In this document: positions 19,717 to 28,423 of the stretch, piece by piece
Layout of the letters: each line of letters starts with the position of its first letter
How positions within the stretch are numbered: the first letter of the stretch is position 1
DNA from: Phycisphaerales bacterium
Lineage (GTDB): Bacteria; Planctomycetota; Phycisphaerae; Phycisphaerales; UBA5793
Direction of reading: 5' to 3'
Assembly (NCBI GenBank): GCA_026647365.1
Contig: JAPKGW010000003.1
Location: 23,220 to 87,219 of the forward strand
Length of the DNA: 64,000 nt
Translations under genes and position numbers: made by a program
Notes under the pieces: generated by a model
The model's database searches: none
The model's input: only the letters and a program-made list of their open reading frames with translations
What the model was told of the DNA's origin: nothing

Positions 19717-20259
19717 ATGCCAGATACCCGACCTCTCGAAGAACGATTCGACATCACGTACGTGCGGGCCGTGCGCTGGCCCGAACTCGTGAATCGCTGC
19801 CTGATGTGGGTGGTGGTGCTCGCGGGCGGCGGAGCCCTGGCCCTACTCTCCGTGCGCGGGGACCATCGCCTCTACTCCTCGGGCGAACTGAATGTCGTTC
19901 ACGCGAGTTTCGGGAGCGACTGCGCGCAGTGTCATCAGCCGGCGCCCGGCGCGGGGACCAACTACTTCATGCCGGTGTCGGACCAGGCGTGTCTGCGCTG
20001 CCATGCCGCGGCTGAACACGCAGCGGGACAGTCCGCGTTCAGCGCCGACCTCGATGTTCTGATCCCCGGCCACGCCGGGCCGGTGCGGATGGCGGCCCGG
20101 TGCGCCCAGTGCCACGTCGAGCATCGTGGCCCGCAATCCAATCTCAATCTCGTCTCCGACCGCGTGTGCCTCCAGTGCCACTCTGACCTTGGCCTCCGAG
20201 GCTATTCCCGGGGAGATGATCGCGCCGGGGCGGCGTCGAACGGGGAGGGGGCGCCATGA
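19717..20259 (+). CDS. Membrane-anchored tetraheme cytochrome c
   Basis: N-terminal TM helix (CLMWVVVLAGGGALALLSV) and four CxxCH motifs: CAQCH, CLRCH, CAQCH and CLQCH. Confidence 0.85.
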   Translation: MPDTRPLEERFDITYVRAVRWPELVNRCLMWVVVLAGGGALALLSVRGDHRLYSSGELNVVHASFGSDCAQCHQPAPGAGTNYFMPVSDQACLRCHAAAEHAAGQSAFSADLDVLIPGHAGPVRMAARCAQCHVEHRGPQSNLNLVSDRVCLQCHSDLGLRGYSRGDDRAGAASNGEGAP

Positions 20260-21578
20260 CTCGCCTGGTCCTGCGCATCGCGGCCATCCTGTGTCTCGCC
20301 GCGGCCGCCGCTTCGCTCCTTCCGGCGCAGCCGCGCACGGACCCGTCCCTTGAGGCGGGCGTGGTGAACCGGGTGACAAATTTCATCACCGATCATCCCG
20401 AGTGGGCTGTCTTGCGCGACGGGCGAGACGACCTGGCGACCATCAACCTGACGCACCGCACGCACATGAACCCCGCAGCGCACCGGATGCAGCAACTCAT
20501 CACGAAAGCGGGCGAGGCCATTCCCGCGGTGGCGACGGGGCCCGACGGAGTTCGCACGCTCACCTGCGCCTCATGCCACGAAGCCGACGACGCCGGACGG
20601 TACATGAAGCCGATCCGCTTCGAGCGTCACTGCGCCTCGTGCCACGTTCCTGACTTTCCGGTGATCGAGGGCCGCCCCGTGCCGCACGGCGACGTGCCGG
20701 CGCTCGTGGACCGTGTTCAGCGGGCGGCAGGGTCCGACTACGCGGCGATGTCGGCGGCGCATGCGCTGCATCTCAACCCGGATGTATCTCGCATGCAGGA
20801 CCTGCTTGCGGCGGACCAGGGCGCGGGTCGCATCCCCGGCGTTGCCACCGACGCCGCAGGGAAGCGCACGCTGACGTGCTCCTCCTGTCACACGGCGAAG
20901 GACGATCAGGGCGCAATGAAGTCAGTTTCGTACAAGGCGCACTGCGCCTCGTGTCATGTACAGGAGCCGGCTTCGTTCCGCATCTCCGCGACGGCAACCG
21001 AGAACGCGGCGGCGTGGTTCGCGTCCGCTTCAATCGAGTCCTGGCCCGGCGCCGATGTCTGGCAACCCGGCGCGGGGCTGCTGGCTTCTGCTTCGTTCGC
21101 CGTGCGCACGGTGCAGCCCCGGCGCGACAAGGTTTACGCCCCCGAGGGGCACAAGACATTCGTCGGCGCCAACGACTGGATCAACCGCCGGCAAGTCACG
21201 GACTTCGCGCGGATCCGCGGGACGTGCGTTCGGTGCCACGCGAAGGAGTCGATTACCGCGCCGTCGCCGGACCGGCCGGGAGAGCCGTTTGACGTGGCGC
21301 CGCCGATGATCCCCGACCGATGGCTGGAGCGGTCGATCTTCTCTCACCGCGCGCACCGTGCCCTGACGTGCCTCGAGTGCCACGAGGGGGCGCAAGGGGG
21401 CACTCGGGCGGCCGACATCATGCTGCCGTCGATCGAGTCCTGCCGCAAGTGCCACACTCCGGCCGTGGGCGTTCGCTCGGACTGCGTTCTGTGCCACGTG
21501 TATCACCGGCCGATCAAGCCTGGGCCGCCGGGCACGATCACGATCGAGCAGTATTCAGGCGCGTCGGCTGAGCCGTGA
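20256..21578 (+). CDS. Secreted octaheme cytochrome c
   Basis: Signal-like MTRLVLRIAAILCLAAAAASLLPAQP and eight CxxCH motifs: CASCH, CASCH, CSSCH, CASCH, CVRCH, CLECH, CRKCH and CVLCH. The start overlaps the upstream stop (ATGA). Confidence 0.9.
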   Translation: MTRLVLRIAAILCLAAAAASLLPAQPRTDPSLEAGVVNRVTNFITDHPEWAVLRDGRDDLATINLTHRTHMNPAAHRMQQLITKAGEAIPAVATGPDGVRTLTCASCHEADDAGRYMKPIRFERHCASCHVPDFPVIEGRPVPHGDVPALVDRVQRAAGSDYAAMSAAHALHLNPDVSRMQDLLAADQGAGRIPGVATDAAGKRTLTCSSCHTAKDDQGAMKSVSYKAHCASCHVQEPASFRISATATENAAAWFASASIESWPGADVWQPGAGLLASASFAVRTVQPRRDKVYAPEGHKTFVGANDWINRRQVTDFARIRGTCVRCHAKESITAPSPDRPGEPFDVAPPMIPDRWLERSIFSHRAHRALTCLECHEGAQGGTRAADIMLPSIESCRKCHTPAVGVRSDCVLCHVYHRPIKPGPPGTITIEQYSGASAEP

Positions 21579-21594
21579 TCGCGTGCCGCCCGGG

Positions 21595-22746
21595 TCAGCG
21601 CCGCAGTCCGCGCAGCCGCTCAATCGCCGCGTGGAGGGTTTCGAGGCGCTTGCAGAAGGCGAAGCGGACGAGGCGCCGGCCGTGCTCCACGTTGTCATAG
21701 AAGGGAGTCGGCGGGATCGCCGCCACGCCGATTCTGTCCACGAGGTGCATGCAGAACGCACGGTCGTCCGGGAAGCCGAAGGGCGTGTGGTCGGCCAGAA
21801 CGAAGTACGTTCCTGCCGGTCGATACACGACGAATCCGATTTCTTCGAGAGCGTCGCAGAGCAGATCGCGCCTCCTGCGGTAGTCGCGGAGAAACCCGTC
21901 GAGGTATTCCTGACCGGCGCTCACGGCCTCGGCCGCACCGTGCTGGAGCGGCGTCGCCACCGAGTAACTCAGGAACTGCCGACCCGAGCGCACGCAGCGG
22001 CTCAGGTCCGGCGAGGCGATGGCCCAGCCGATCTTCCAGCCGGTCAGCGAGAATGTCTTGCCGACGGAGGAGAGCGTGATCGTGCGGTCCTTCATGCCCG
22101 GCAGCGTCGCCAGGCGCACGTGCTCGCCCTCGAAGACGAGGTGCTCGTAGACTTCATCGGTGATCGCAACGAGATCATTCCTGTTGCACAGTTCAGCGAT
22201 GAACGTGAGTTCGTCGCGGCTGAACACCTTGCCGGTCGGGTTGTGGGGCGTGTTGACGAGGATCGCGCGGGTGCGCGAGGTGACGGCCCGCTGCAGCGCC
22301 GCATGGTCGAGGGCGAACTCCGGTGCGGCGAGCGTGAGAACGATCGCCTTGGCGCCGCACATCTCGATGCAGGGCTTGTAGGAGTCGTAGTACGGCTCAA
22401 AGATGATGACCTCGTCTCCCTCATTGAGCAGGCCCAGGCATGTCGCCGCAATTCCCTCGGTGCATCCGTTGGTCACGCTCACCTGCGTATCCGGATCGAT
22501 GATCTGCCCCGTGAGGCGCCGCCACCGCTGCGCGAGGGCCTGGTTGAGCGGGGGCACGCCCGACATCCGCGCGTACTGGTTGTGGCCCGCGTTGATCGCT
22601 TCGATGGCGGCGCTGCGCACGAACGCCGGACCGTTGAAGTCGGGGAAGCCCTGCGAGAGGTTGATCGCGCCCTTCTCGTTGGCCAGGCGGGTCATCTCCG
22701 TGAAGATCGACGTGCCGTAGGACGCGAGACGGTGGGAGACGGTCAT
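21595..22746 (-). CDS. Class I/II pyridoxal-phosphate aminotransferase (methionine/kynurenine aminotransferase-like)
   Basis: INLSQGFPDF, NQYARMSGVPPL, NTPHNPTGKVF and the PLP-lysine region SSVGKTFSLTGWKIGW. Confidence 0.9.
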   Translation of the reverse strand: MTVSHRLASYGTSIFTEMTRLANEKGAINLSQGFPDFNGPAFVRSAAIEAINAGHNQYARMSGVPPLNQALAQRWRRLTGQIIDPDTQVSVTNGCTEGIAATCLGLLNEGDEVIIFEPYYDSYKPCIEMCGAKAIVLTLAAPEFALDHAALQRAVTSRTRAILVNTPHNPTGKVFSRDELTFIAELCNRNDLVAITDEVYEHLVFEGEHVRLATLPGMKDRTITLSSVGKTFSLTGWKIGWAIASPDLSRCVRSGRQFLSYSVATPLQHGAAEAVSAGQEYLDGFLRDYRRRRDLLCDALEEIGFVVYRPAGTYFVLADHTPFGFPDDRAFCMHLVDRIGVAAIPPTPFYDNVEHGRRLVRFAFCKRLETLHAAIERLRGLRR

Positions 22747-22799
22747 GCCGGGTCCGATCGAGAGTCGTGAACAGCGGGCGGTTGTGTCGATGAACGGGA

Positions 22800-24515
22800 A
22801 TGATGATAGCGAAGAGGAGTCGCCGTCGAAGACTGGGCATCTACTACACGCCGCCCGCTCTGATCGGCCCGATTCTCGATGCGGCGCTCGATCCGATCCT
22901 GGCGGAAATGGGCGACGAGGCGTCGTGCGCGGCGCGCCTGGCGACGCTGCGCATCATTGATCCTGCGTGCGGCAGCGGTCGTTTTCTCATCGCGGCATGG
23001 AGGCGACTGGCGCGAAGGATTGAGGGCGCGGCGCGCCCTGCGAACCGGGTCGACCTGCTCCGAGCGGCCGCCGCGTCGCTGCACGGCATCGACATCGACC
23101 CGCAGGCGGGTCTTCGCGGAGCGCGCCTGCTGCGCGCCGAGTGCGGTCGCGGCCCGCTGGCGCCGCGCGACTTTTCCAACTGGTTCGTGCTCGGCGACGC
23201 GCTGCTCGACGAGTGTGCGGGCGAGGCTTGTTTCGACCTCGTGCTCGGCAATCCTCCTTTCGTTGACTCCGAATCAATGTGCGAGGCGGATCGCGGCCGC
23301 CGCCCTCGACTCGCCGCGCGCTACGAGACCGCTCGGGGCAACTGGGACCTCGCCGCCCTTTTCGTCGAGCGCGCCGTACAACTGGTGCAGCCCGGCGGAC
23401 GCATCGGCCTTGTGCTGCCCCGCCGCCTGTTCGCATCCGATCATGCGCGGCGCGTGCATCGGCTCATGGAGAGGCAGACGATCGAGTCGATCCGGCTCAA
23501 TGCTCCCGACGCGTTCGAGGATGCGGCCGTCAAGACCGTCAGCGTCGTCATGCGGCGCGCTGTGCCATGCGCCGATCATGCAATCTGCATCATGGATGCA
23601 GGTGCCTGCTCGTGGAGCGCACTGCAGCGGGGTCTGCGACTGCTCCCGCCGGGCCACTGGTCGGCGATCCTGTCTCGCCCGCCCGTGCGTGATCGACGCC
23701 GTTGGGCAGAGCGAGAGTCCATGCCGGTGCTCTTCGCCTCCGATGTGACGGCGGCGCTTCGCGGCCGCCCGCGCCTGCGCGACATGGCCTTCGTCGGCGA
23801 CGGCGCGACGACGGCCGAAGCCTACGTCATCCGCGACGCGATCATCGAGGCGGGCGAGTGCGGCGCACCCGCGGCGCCTCTGATCAACACGGGGACAATC
23901 GATCCGTTCGTGAAGCGGTGGGGGAGCCGGCCGACGCGCTACCTGCGGCGAGCCTGGATTCGGCCCGTGGTTCCGCTCGAATGGCTGGATGAACATCTGC
24001 CCCGGCGTGCGGCACAGTCGCGGTCGCCGAAGGTGCTCGTCGCAGGTCTCGCGGGGCGCATCGAAGCGGTCGTCGATGAAGTCGGCGCCCTGTGCGGCAA
24101 GTCGGCGGTGCAGATCATCCCGCGCGACCCCGCCGTGACCCACGCCCTGTGCGCGTGGCTGAACTCGACGCCGGTCAACGCGCTCTATCGATTGCTCTTC
24201 GAATCGCGAGGTTTCGGGGCGAGGTCGATGCACCTGGGTCCGCGACAGATCGAGCAACTTCCCCTCTGGCCTCCCTTCGAACCGAACGGCGCCGAAGCGA
24301 TCGAGGAACTGGCCGCACTCAGCCGGCGCATGCACAGTCTTGCAGCCGGCGATGCGCCGCAGTCCGGCGCGAACCTTCAACCCGAGGCGATGCGCGCGGC
24401 CCTCGACCGCATCGACGAGATTGCCGCGGCGCTGCTGCGTGCCGGGAGCGAACTGCCGCCTGCGCTCAGCGCGACGGATCGACGGGAATCGCGGGCGCGG
24501 GATCGAGTTCCATGA
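22800..24515 (+). CDS. N6-adenine DNA methyltransferase, Eco57I/TaqI (gamma) type with TaqI-like C-terminal target-recognition domain
   Basis: LGIYYTPPALI (motif X), IIDPACGSGRFLIAA (AdoMet motif I), VLGNPPFV (motif IV, NPPF). The C-terminal half resembles the TaqI specificity domain (INTGTIDPF...PKVLVAG...CAWLNSTPVNALY). Confidence 0.85.
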   Translation: MMIAKRSRRRRLGIYYTPPALIGPILDAALDPILAEMGDEASCAARLATLRIIDPACGSGRFLIAAWRRLARRIEGAARPANRVDLLRAAAASLHGIDIDPQAGLRGARLLRAECGRGPLAPRDFSNWFVLGDALLDECAGEACFDLVLGNPPFVDSESMCEADRGRRPRLAARYETARGNWDLAALFVERAVQLVQPGGRIGLVLPRRLFASDHARRVHRLMERQTIESIRLNAPDAFEDAAVKTVSVVMRRAVPCADHAICIMDAGACSWSALQRGLRLLPPGHWSAILSRPPVRDRRRWAERESMPVLFASDVTAALRGRPRLRDMAFVGDGATTAEAYVIRDAIIEAGECGAPAAPLINTGTIDPFVKRWGSRPTRYLRRAWIRPVVPLEWLDEHLPRRAAQSRSPKVLVAGLAGRIEAVVDEVGALCGKSAVQIIPRDPAVTHALCAWLNSTPVNALYRLLFESRGFGARSMHLGPRQIEQLPLWPPFEPNGAEAIEELAALSRRMHSLAAGDAPQSGANLQPEAMRAALDRIDEIAAALLRAGSELPPALSATDRRESRARDRVP

Positions 24516-25755
24516 CGAACCGCGCGGCCCAGAGCTGGCTTTCGCCGGTGCTGCGCGGATCCATCGAGCGCTTGCTCGTCCACATCATGTACCGGCCGTC
24601 GGAGTTGAAGACCGGCAGGCCGTCGAAGCCCGGCGCATGGGTTACGCGCCGCGTCTGAAGACCGTAGCGGATGCTGCCGTTCGAGCCGGGCAGGTCTCCA
24701 GGATCGGCCGTGGTGATGAAGACCTCATAGTTGTGGTGGCTCACGGCGCTGGAGGCGAAGACGAGGTGCCGCCCGCCGGGATGCCAGAAGGGGCACCAGT
24801 TCACGTCGGCGCCATCCGTGAGTTGGAACTCCTGCGTCAGGCCGGCCGGCACACCGTGCTCATCAAACTTCAGGTGCCCGATGAAGAGTTGCAGGTAGTT
24901 GTTGCCCTGGCGGTCGGAGCGGTAGGTGATGCGCTTGCCGTCCGGGCTGAAGAAGGGGCCGCCGTCGTAGCCCTCGGCTGTCACGATCCGATTCGTGCGC
25001 CCGGACCTGACATCCATGACGTAGAGGTCGGCGAACGCAGGAGCGGCATCGACGTGCGTGTAGAGCAGGAACCGGCCGGAAGGGTCGAGCGAGCCTTCCG
25101 CGTCATAAGTGTCATTGCGAGTGATCTTCCGCAGGTCGCATACTTCGGGAGGGGGGAGCGGCGCACCTGGATGAATTGCGGCGAAGATCTCCGGCACGAT
25201 CATCGTCACGATCTCCGTCTCCGGCGGGAACATCCACTTGTACTTGGAACTGTCGCGCTGGAAGCCGGGGGCTTCGCTCGCCGTCGGCGGCTGTACCGTT
25301 GAGCCGAAGTAGATGCGAGAGGGATCGTGCGGATCGAACCAGCCGCAGGTGTTGGCCGATCCGGGCGGGCTGACCTGGATCGCATCGCCCGCGCCGACGA
25401 GCCGGTTGGTCTCGAATCGAAGAGGAGCGACGTACATCGCATAGAACGGATCGGGCGCCTGCCCGTCAAGGGGCTTCGGGACCGCCTGGAAGATGATCCA
25501 CTGATCGTCGGGGCTGAAGTACGCCTCGCCCGCCTTGTGGAAGTCAGCGTCGAAGGTGAGCTGGACGTGATCTTCGAGAATGCCCTTCTCGGCAACGCGC
25601 CAGTTGAGCGGCGCGGACGCGACGTCGCCCGAGGGCGGTCCGCCGACGTTCTGTGCCGTCGCCCATGAGGCCATTGCCGCCACGCCCAGGCCACAAATCC
25701 CGCAGAGAATGCGGCGGCCGTACGTGGTCGATTCGCAGCGTCCATATCCGGTCAT
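24466..25755 (-). CDS. TolB-like beta-propeller protein (PD40 repeats), secreted
   Basis: Start set to ATG 25755 (MTGYGRCESTTYGRRILCGICGLGVAAMASWATAQN), preceded by AAAGGGG. PD40-like repeats are FFSPDGKRITYRSDRQG, FWHPGGRHLVFASS and VFNSDGRYMMWTSKR. The track ORF adds 121 unlikely codons. Confidence 0.8.
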   Translation of the reverse strand: MTGYGRCESTTYGRRILCGICGLGVAAMASWATAQNVGGPPSGDVASAPLNWRVAEKGILEDHVQLTFDADFHKAGEAYFSPDDQWIIFQAVPKPLDGQAPDPFYAMYVAPLRFETNRLVGAGDAIQVSPPGSANTCGWFDPHDPSRIYFGSTVQPPTASEAPGFQRDSSKYKWMFPPETEIVTMIVPEIFAAIHPGAPLPPPEVCDLRKITRNDTYDAEGSLDPSGRFLLYTHVDAAPAFADLYVMDVRSGRTNRIVTAEGYDGGPFFSPDGKRITYRSDRQGNNYLQLFIGHLKFDEHGVPAGLTQEFQLTDGADVNWCPFWHPGGRHLVFASSAVSHHNYEVFITTADPGDLPGSNGSIRYGLQTRRVTHAPGFDGLPVFNSDGRYMMWTSKRSMDPRSTGESQLWAARFVMELDPAPAIPVDPSR

Positions 25756-25908
25756 CGAAGCACCCCTTTCGCGGCGCGCGTCATTGAGGCAGTATAGTCT
25801 CGGCGCAATCGGGGCTGTAGATTGCGTCAAGCGCCGCGGCCCGATCAGGGCGGTTTCCCCGGTTGCGGCTGGAACGGTGCAACACAAGTGGTCCGTCTGG
25901 GAGAGGTT

Positions 25909-26538
25909 ATGGATGAGTTGGCCCTGGTCTTCGCGGACGCTCATCTCGCCTGCGTGGACAAGCCCGCGGGCCTGTTGAGCGTGCCGGGTCGGGGAGAGGC
26001 GAAGCGCGACTGCGTAATCGCGCGCCTCATCGCGCGCTTCGGCTGGGCGCGCGAAGCCCACCGCCTTGACATGGACACCAGCGGCCTCATGATCGCGGCT
26101 CTCAGTCCCGACGTGCATCGGGAACTCTGCCGGCTCTTTCGCCTGCGAAGAGTTGAGAAGGAGTATGAAGCCGTCGTCTCAGGGCGTCCCGCGGGTGACT
26201 GCGGAGAGATCAGCCTGCCGATGCGAGCCGACATCTCCCGCCGGCCGCGCCAGGTCATCGACTTCGAGGCGGGCAAGGCGGCGGTGACCCGCTGGGAAGT
26301 GATCGAGTGCCGCGCCGACGGCTGCGCCCGCCTTCGTTTGACGCCCTTGACAGGCCGGTCGCACCAGTTGCGCCTTCACCTCGCCTCGGTGGGACACCCG
26401 ATTCTGGGCGACGACCTCTATGCGCCTCCCGGCGTTCTCGCGATGGCGCCGCGTCTGCTCCTGCACGCGACGGGCCTTGCGCTTGTCCACCCGATGACGG
26501 GCGAGCGTATCGAGTTGGTCTCGCCCTGCCCCTTCTGA
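25909..26538 (+). CDS. RluA-family pseudouridine synthase
   Basis: VDKPAGLLSVPG, the catalytic HRLDMDTSGLMIAAL, and GRSHQLRLHLASVGHPILGDDLY. ATG 25909 is preceded by GGGAGAGG. Confidence 0.9.
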   Translation: MDELALVFADAHLACVDKPAGLLSVPGRGEAKRDCVIARLIARFGWAREAHRLDMDTSGLMIAALSPDVHRELCRLFRLRRVEKEYEAVVSGRPAGDCGEISLPMRADISRRPRQVIDFEAGKAAVTRWEVIECRADGCARLRLTPLTGRSHQLRLHLASVGHPILGDDLYAPPGVLAMAPRLLLHATGLALVHPMTGERIELVSPCPF

Positions 26539-26619
26539 TCAATCCCCGCCGAACCATCGAGGGGGCAAAGGACCGGTCGCCGCGTACTCTTGACGGTTGT
26601 TTTTCTTCCCGATCAAGGC

Positions 26620-28233
26620 ATGCGCCCCGTCCGTGAGGAACTGGCCCCAGTGACCACACCGGCAACCGATCAGAGCAGCGCAGCACTGGTGGAGGTGCCC
26701 GCGATCGATGGCGGAGCGGGCGGCGCGGGGGCCTTGAATCCTGTCGTTGCGGCCGTTGTTGATGAAGTCGATTCACCCGAAGAGTCGACGCCGCCGGAGG
26801 CGGATGCTCCGCGCGTCGGATCGATCCGCACGGGGCGGCTTGCCGGTCTCTCGCTGGGCGCGGCGATCTGGGTGATCTCGTGGCCGATCATGGCCCAGTC
26901 TTTCCTGGATGCGCTCCTGGGCACGGTGGACACGGCGATCGCGGCGCGGCTCGGCGTCGAGGAGACCGACGCCGTCGGCCTGTCCACCTACATCATGTGG
27001 TTCACCGGCGTGATCACGATGTCGGTGGCGATCGGCGCCACGGCCCTCATCAGCCGCGCTGTCGGCCGAGGACACAGGAGCCTGGCGAACGACGTGCTTG
27101 GTCAGTCCATCATGCTGGCGGCGATCATCGGCGTGGCGACTGGAGTGCTGATGGCCCTGGCGGCGCCCTCTATCGGCGGCCCCGTCGGCCTCGATCCCGT
27201 TGCGGCCCGCCTCATGGCCGACTATCTCTGGCCGATTGCGGCCTCGATGCCGGCGATGGTCATCACCAACGTGGGCGTGGCGTGCCTGCGCGGCGCCGGC
27301 GAGTCGCGAAGTTCGCTGTGGATCATGCTCATCGAGAACATCATCAACCTCCCCCTCAACATCATCCTCTCCGGAGTGGTGCTGCACTTCACAGTGCTCG
27401 GGCGCGAAGTGAACTGGTCGGGCGTGCCGTCGCTTTCGCTGGGCATCGCGGGCATCGGCATCGCCACATGCGTGGCGCGCTGCGTCGGCGCGGTGATCGT
27501 CCTCGTTCTCCTGGCGCGAGGCGATGACACGATGCGGCTGCATTGGCACCGGATGAAGCCGCGCTGGACCTCGATGAAGCGCCTGATCAACGTCGGCCTG
27601 CCGAACCTGTGGGAGTCGCTGGGCATGTGGTCGGGCAACTTCATCATCATTCTGGTGATCGGACAGGTGCTCGCCGCGGCCGCGGGCGCGACGGGCCTGA
27701 TCGGCGCGCACCAGATCACGATCCGGCTCGAGTCCTTCAGTTTCCTGCCGGGCTTTGCGATGGGCACGGCCGCGGCGACGCTGATGGGCCAGTATCTCGG
27801 CGCGGGCAACGCGAAGATGGCGGCGCGGGCGGCGCTGGTCTGCTCCGCCGTCGCCGCGGCCGTGATGTCAATCTTCAGTTATGTCTTCATCGTCCATCCG
27901 GATGCAATGCTGGCCCTGATGTCCGATCAGCCCCAGCACCGGGAGATCGTGCCGGACCTGCTGCGCCTGGCGGGCTACGTCCAGATTCCCTTCGCCATTC
28001 TCCTGGTGCTGCGCGGCGGCCTGCGCGGCGCGGGCGACACGCGCATGGCGATGATCCTCACGAGCATCGGCATCTTCGCCCTGCGCGTGCCGGGCTGTAT
28101 CGTCGTCGCGCTGCTGTGGCCGGATCGCGGCCTCTACGCGATCTGGCTCGTCATGTGCGCGGAGCTCACCATCCGCGCCGTGCTTTTCGCCGCCCGGTTC
28201 ATGCATGGCGGGTGGATGCGTCTCAAGGTCTGA
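26620..28233 (+). CDS. MATE-family efflux transporter
   Basis: About 12 hydrophobic helices with MATE-like repeats (WPIMAQSFLDALLGTVDTAIAARLG and LPNLWESLGMWSGNFIIILVIG). It carries an N-terminal ~85-aa Ala/Pro/Glu-rich extension. Start taken as ATG 26620; the track uses TTG 26590. Confidence 0.85.
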   Translation: MRPVREELAPVTTPATDQSSAALVEVPAIDGGAGGAGALNPVVAAVVDEVDSPEESTPPEADAPRVGSIRTGRLAGLSLGAAIWVISWPIMAQSFLDALLGTVDTAIAARLGVEETDAVGLSTYIMWFTGVITMSVAIGATALISRAVGRGHRSLANDVLGQSIMLAAIIGVATGVLMALAAPSIGGPVGLDPVAARLMADYLWPIAASMPAMVITNVGVACLRGAGESRSSLWIMLIENIINLPLNIILSGVVLHFTVLGREVNWSGVPSLSLGIAGIGIATCVARCVGAVIVLVLLARGDDTMRLHWHRMKPRWTSMKRLINVGLPNLWESLGMWSGNFIIILVIGQVLAAAAGATGLIGAHQITIRLESFSFLPGFAMGTAAATLMGQYLGAGNAKMAARAALVCSAVAAAVMSIFSYVFIVHPDAMLALMSDQPQHREIVPDLLRLAGYVQIPFAILLVLRGGLRGAGDTRMAMILTSIGIFALRVPGCIVVALLWPDRGLYAIWLVMCAELTIRAVLFAARFMHGGWMRLKV

Positions 28234-28423
28234 CGCCGCATCCCAGGCCGCGCGGGGCGCCTTGCCGGCGTCACGCGCGCCGGTTTCCCTGTTGCTTTGC
28301 GCGGGTGTGAGTGGGTACCATCGAATCGGCCGGAGTCGAGGAAGGCGGGGCTTGCGACGCTCAGCCGCGGGTCGCCGACTTCGCCTCCCGCCCCTGGGGC
28401 GCAGCGCGCCGGGAGGTGGTCTG

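Noticed and set aside
22800-24515. Complete restriction-modification, BREX or other defence island around the methyltransferase
   Set aside because: No nuclease, helicase, ATPase, phosphatase or integrase gene flanks it. The neighbours are housekeeping genes, and I saw no composition shift or repeat boundary.
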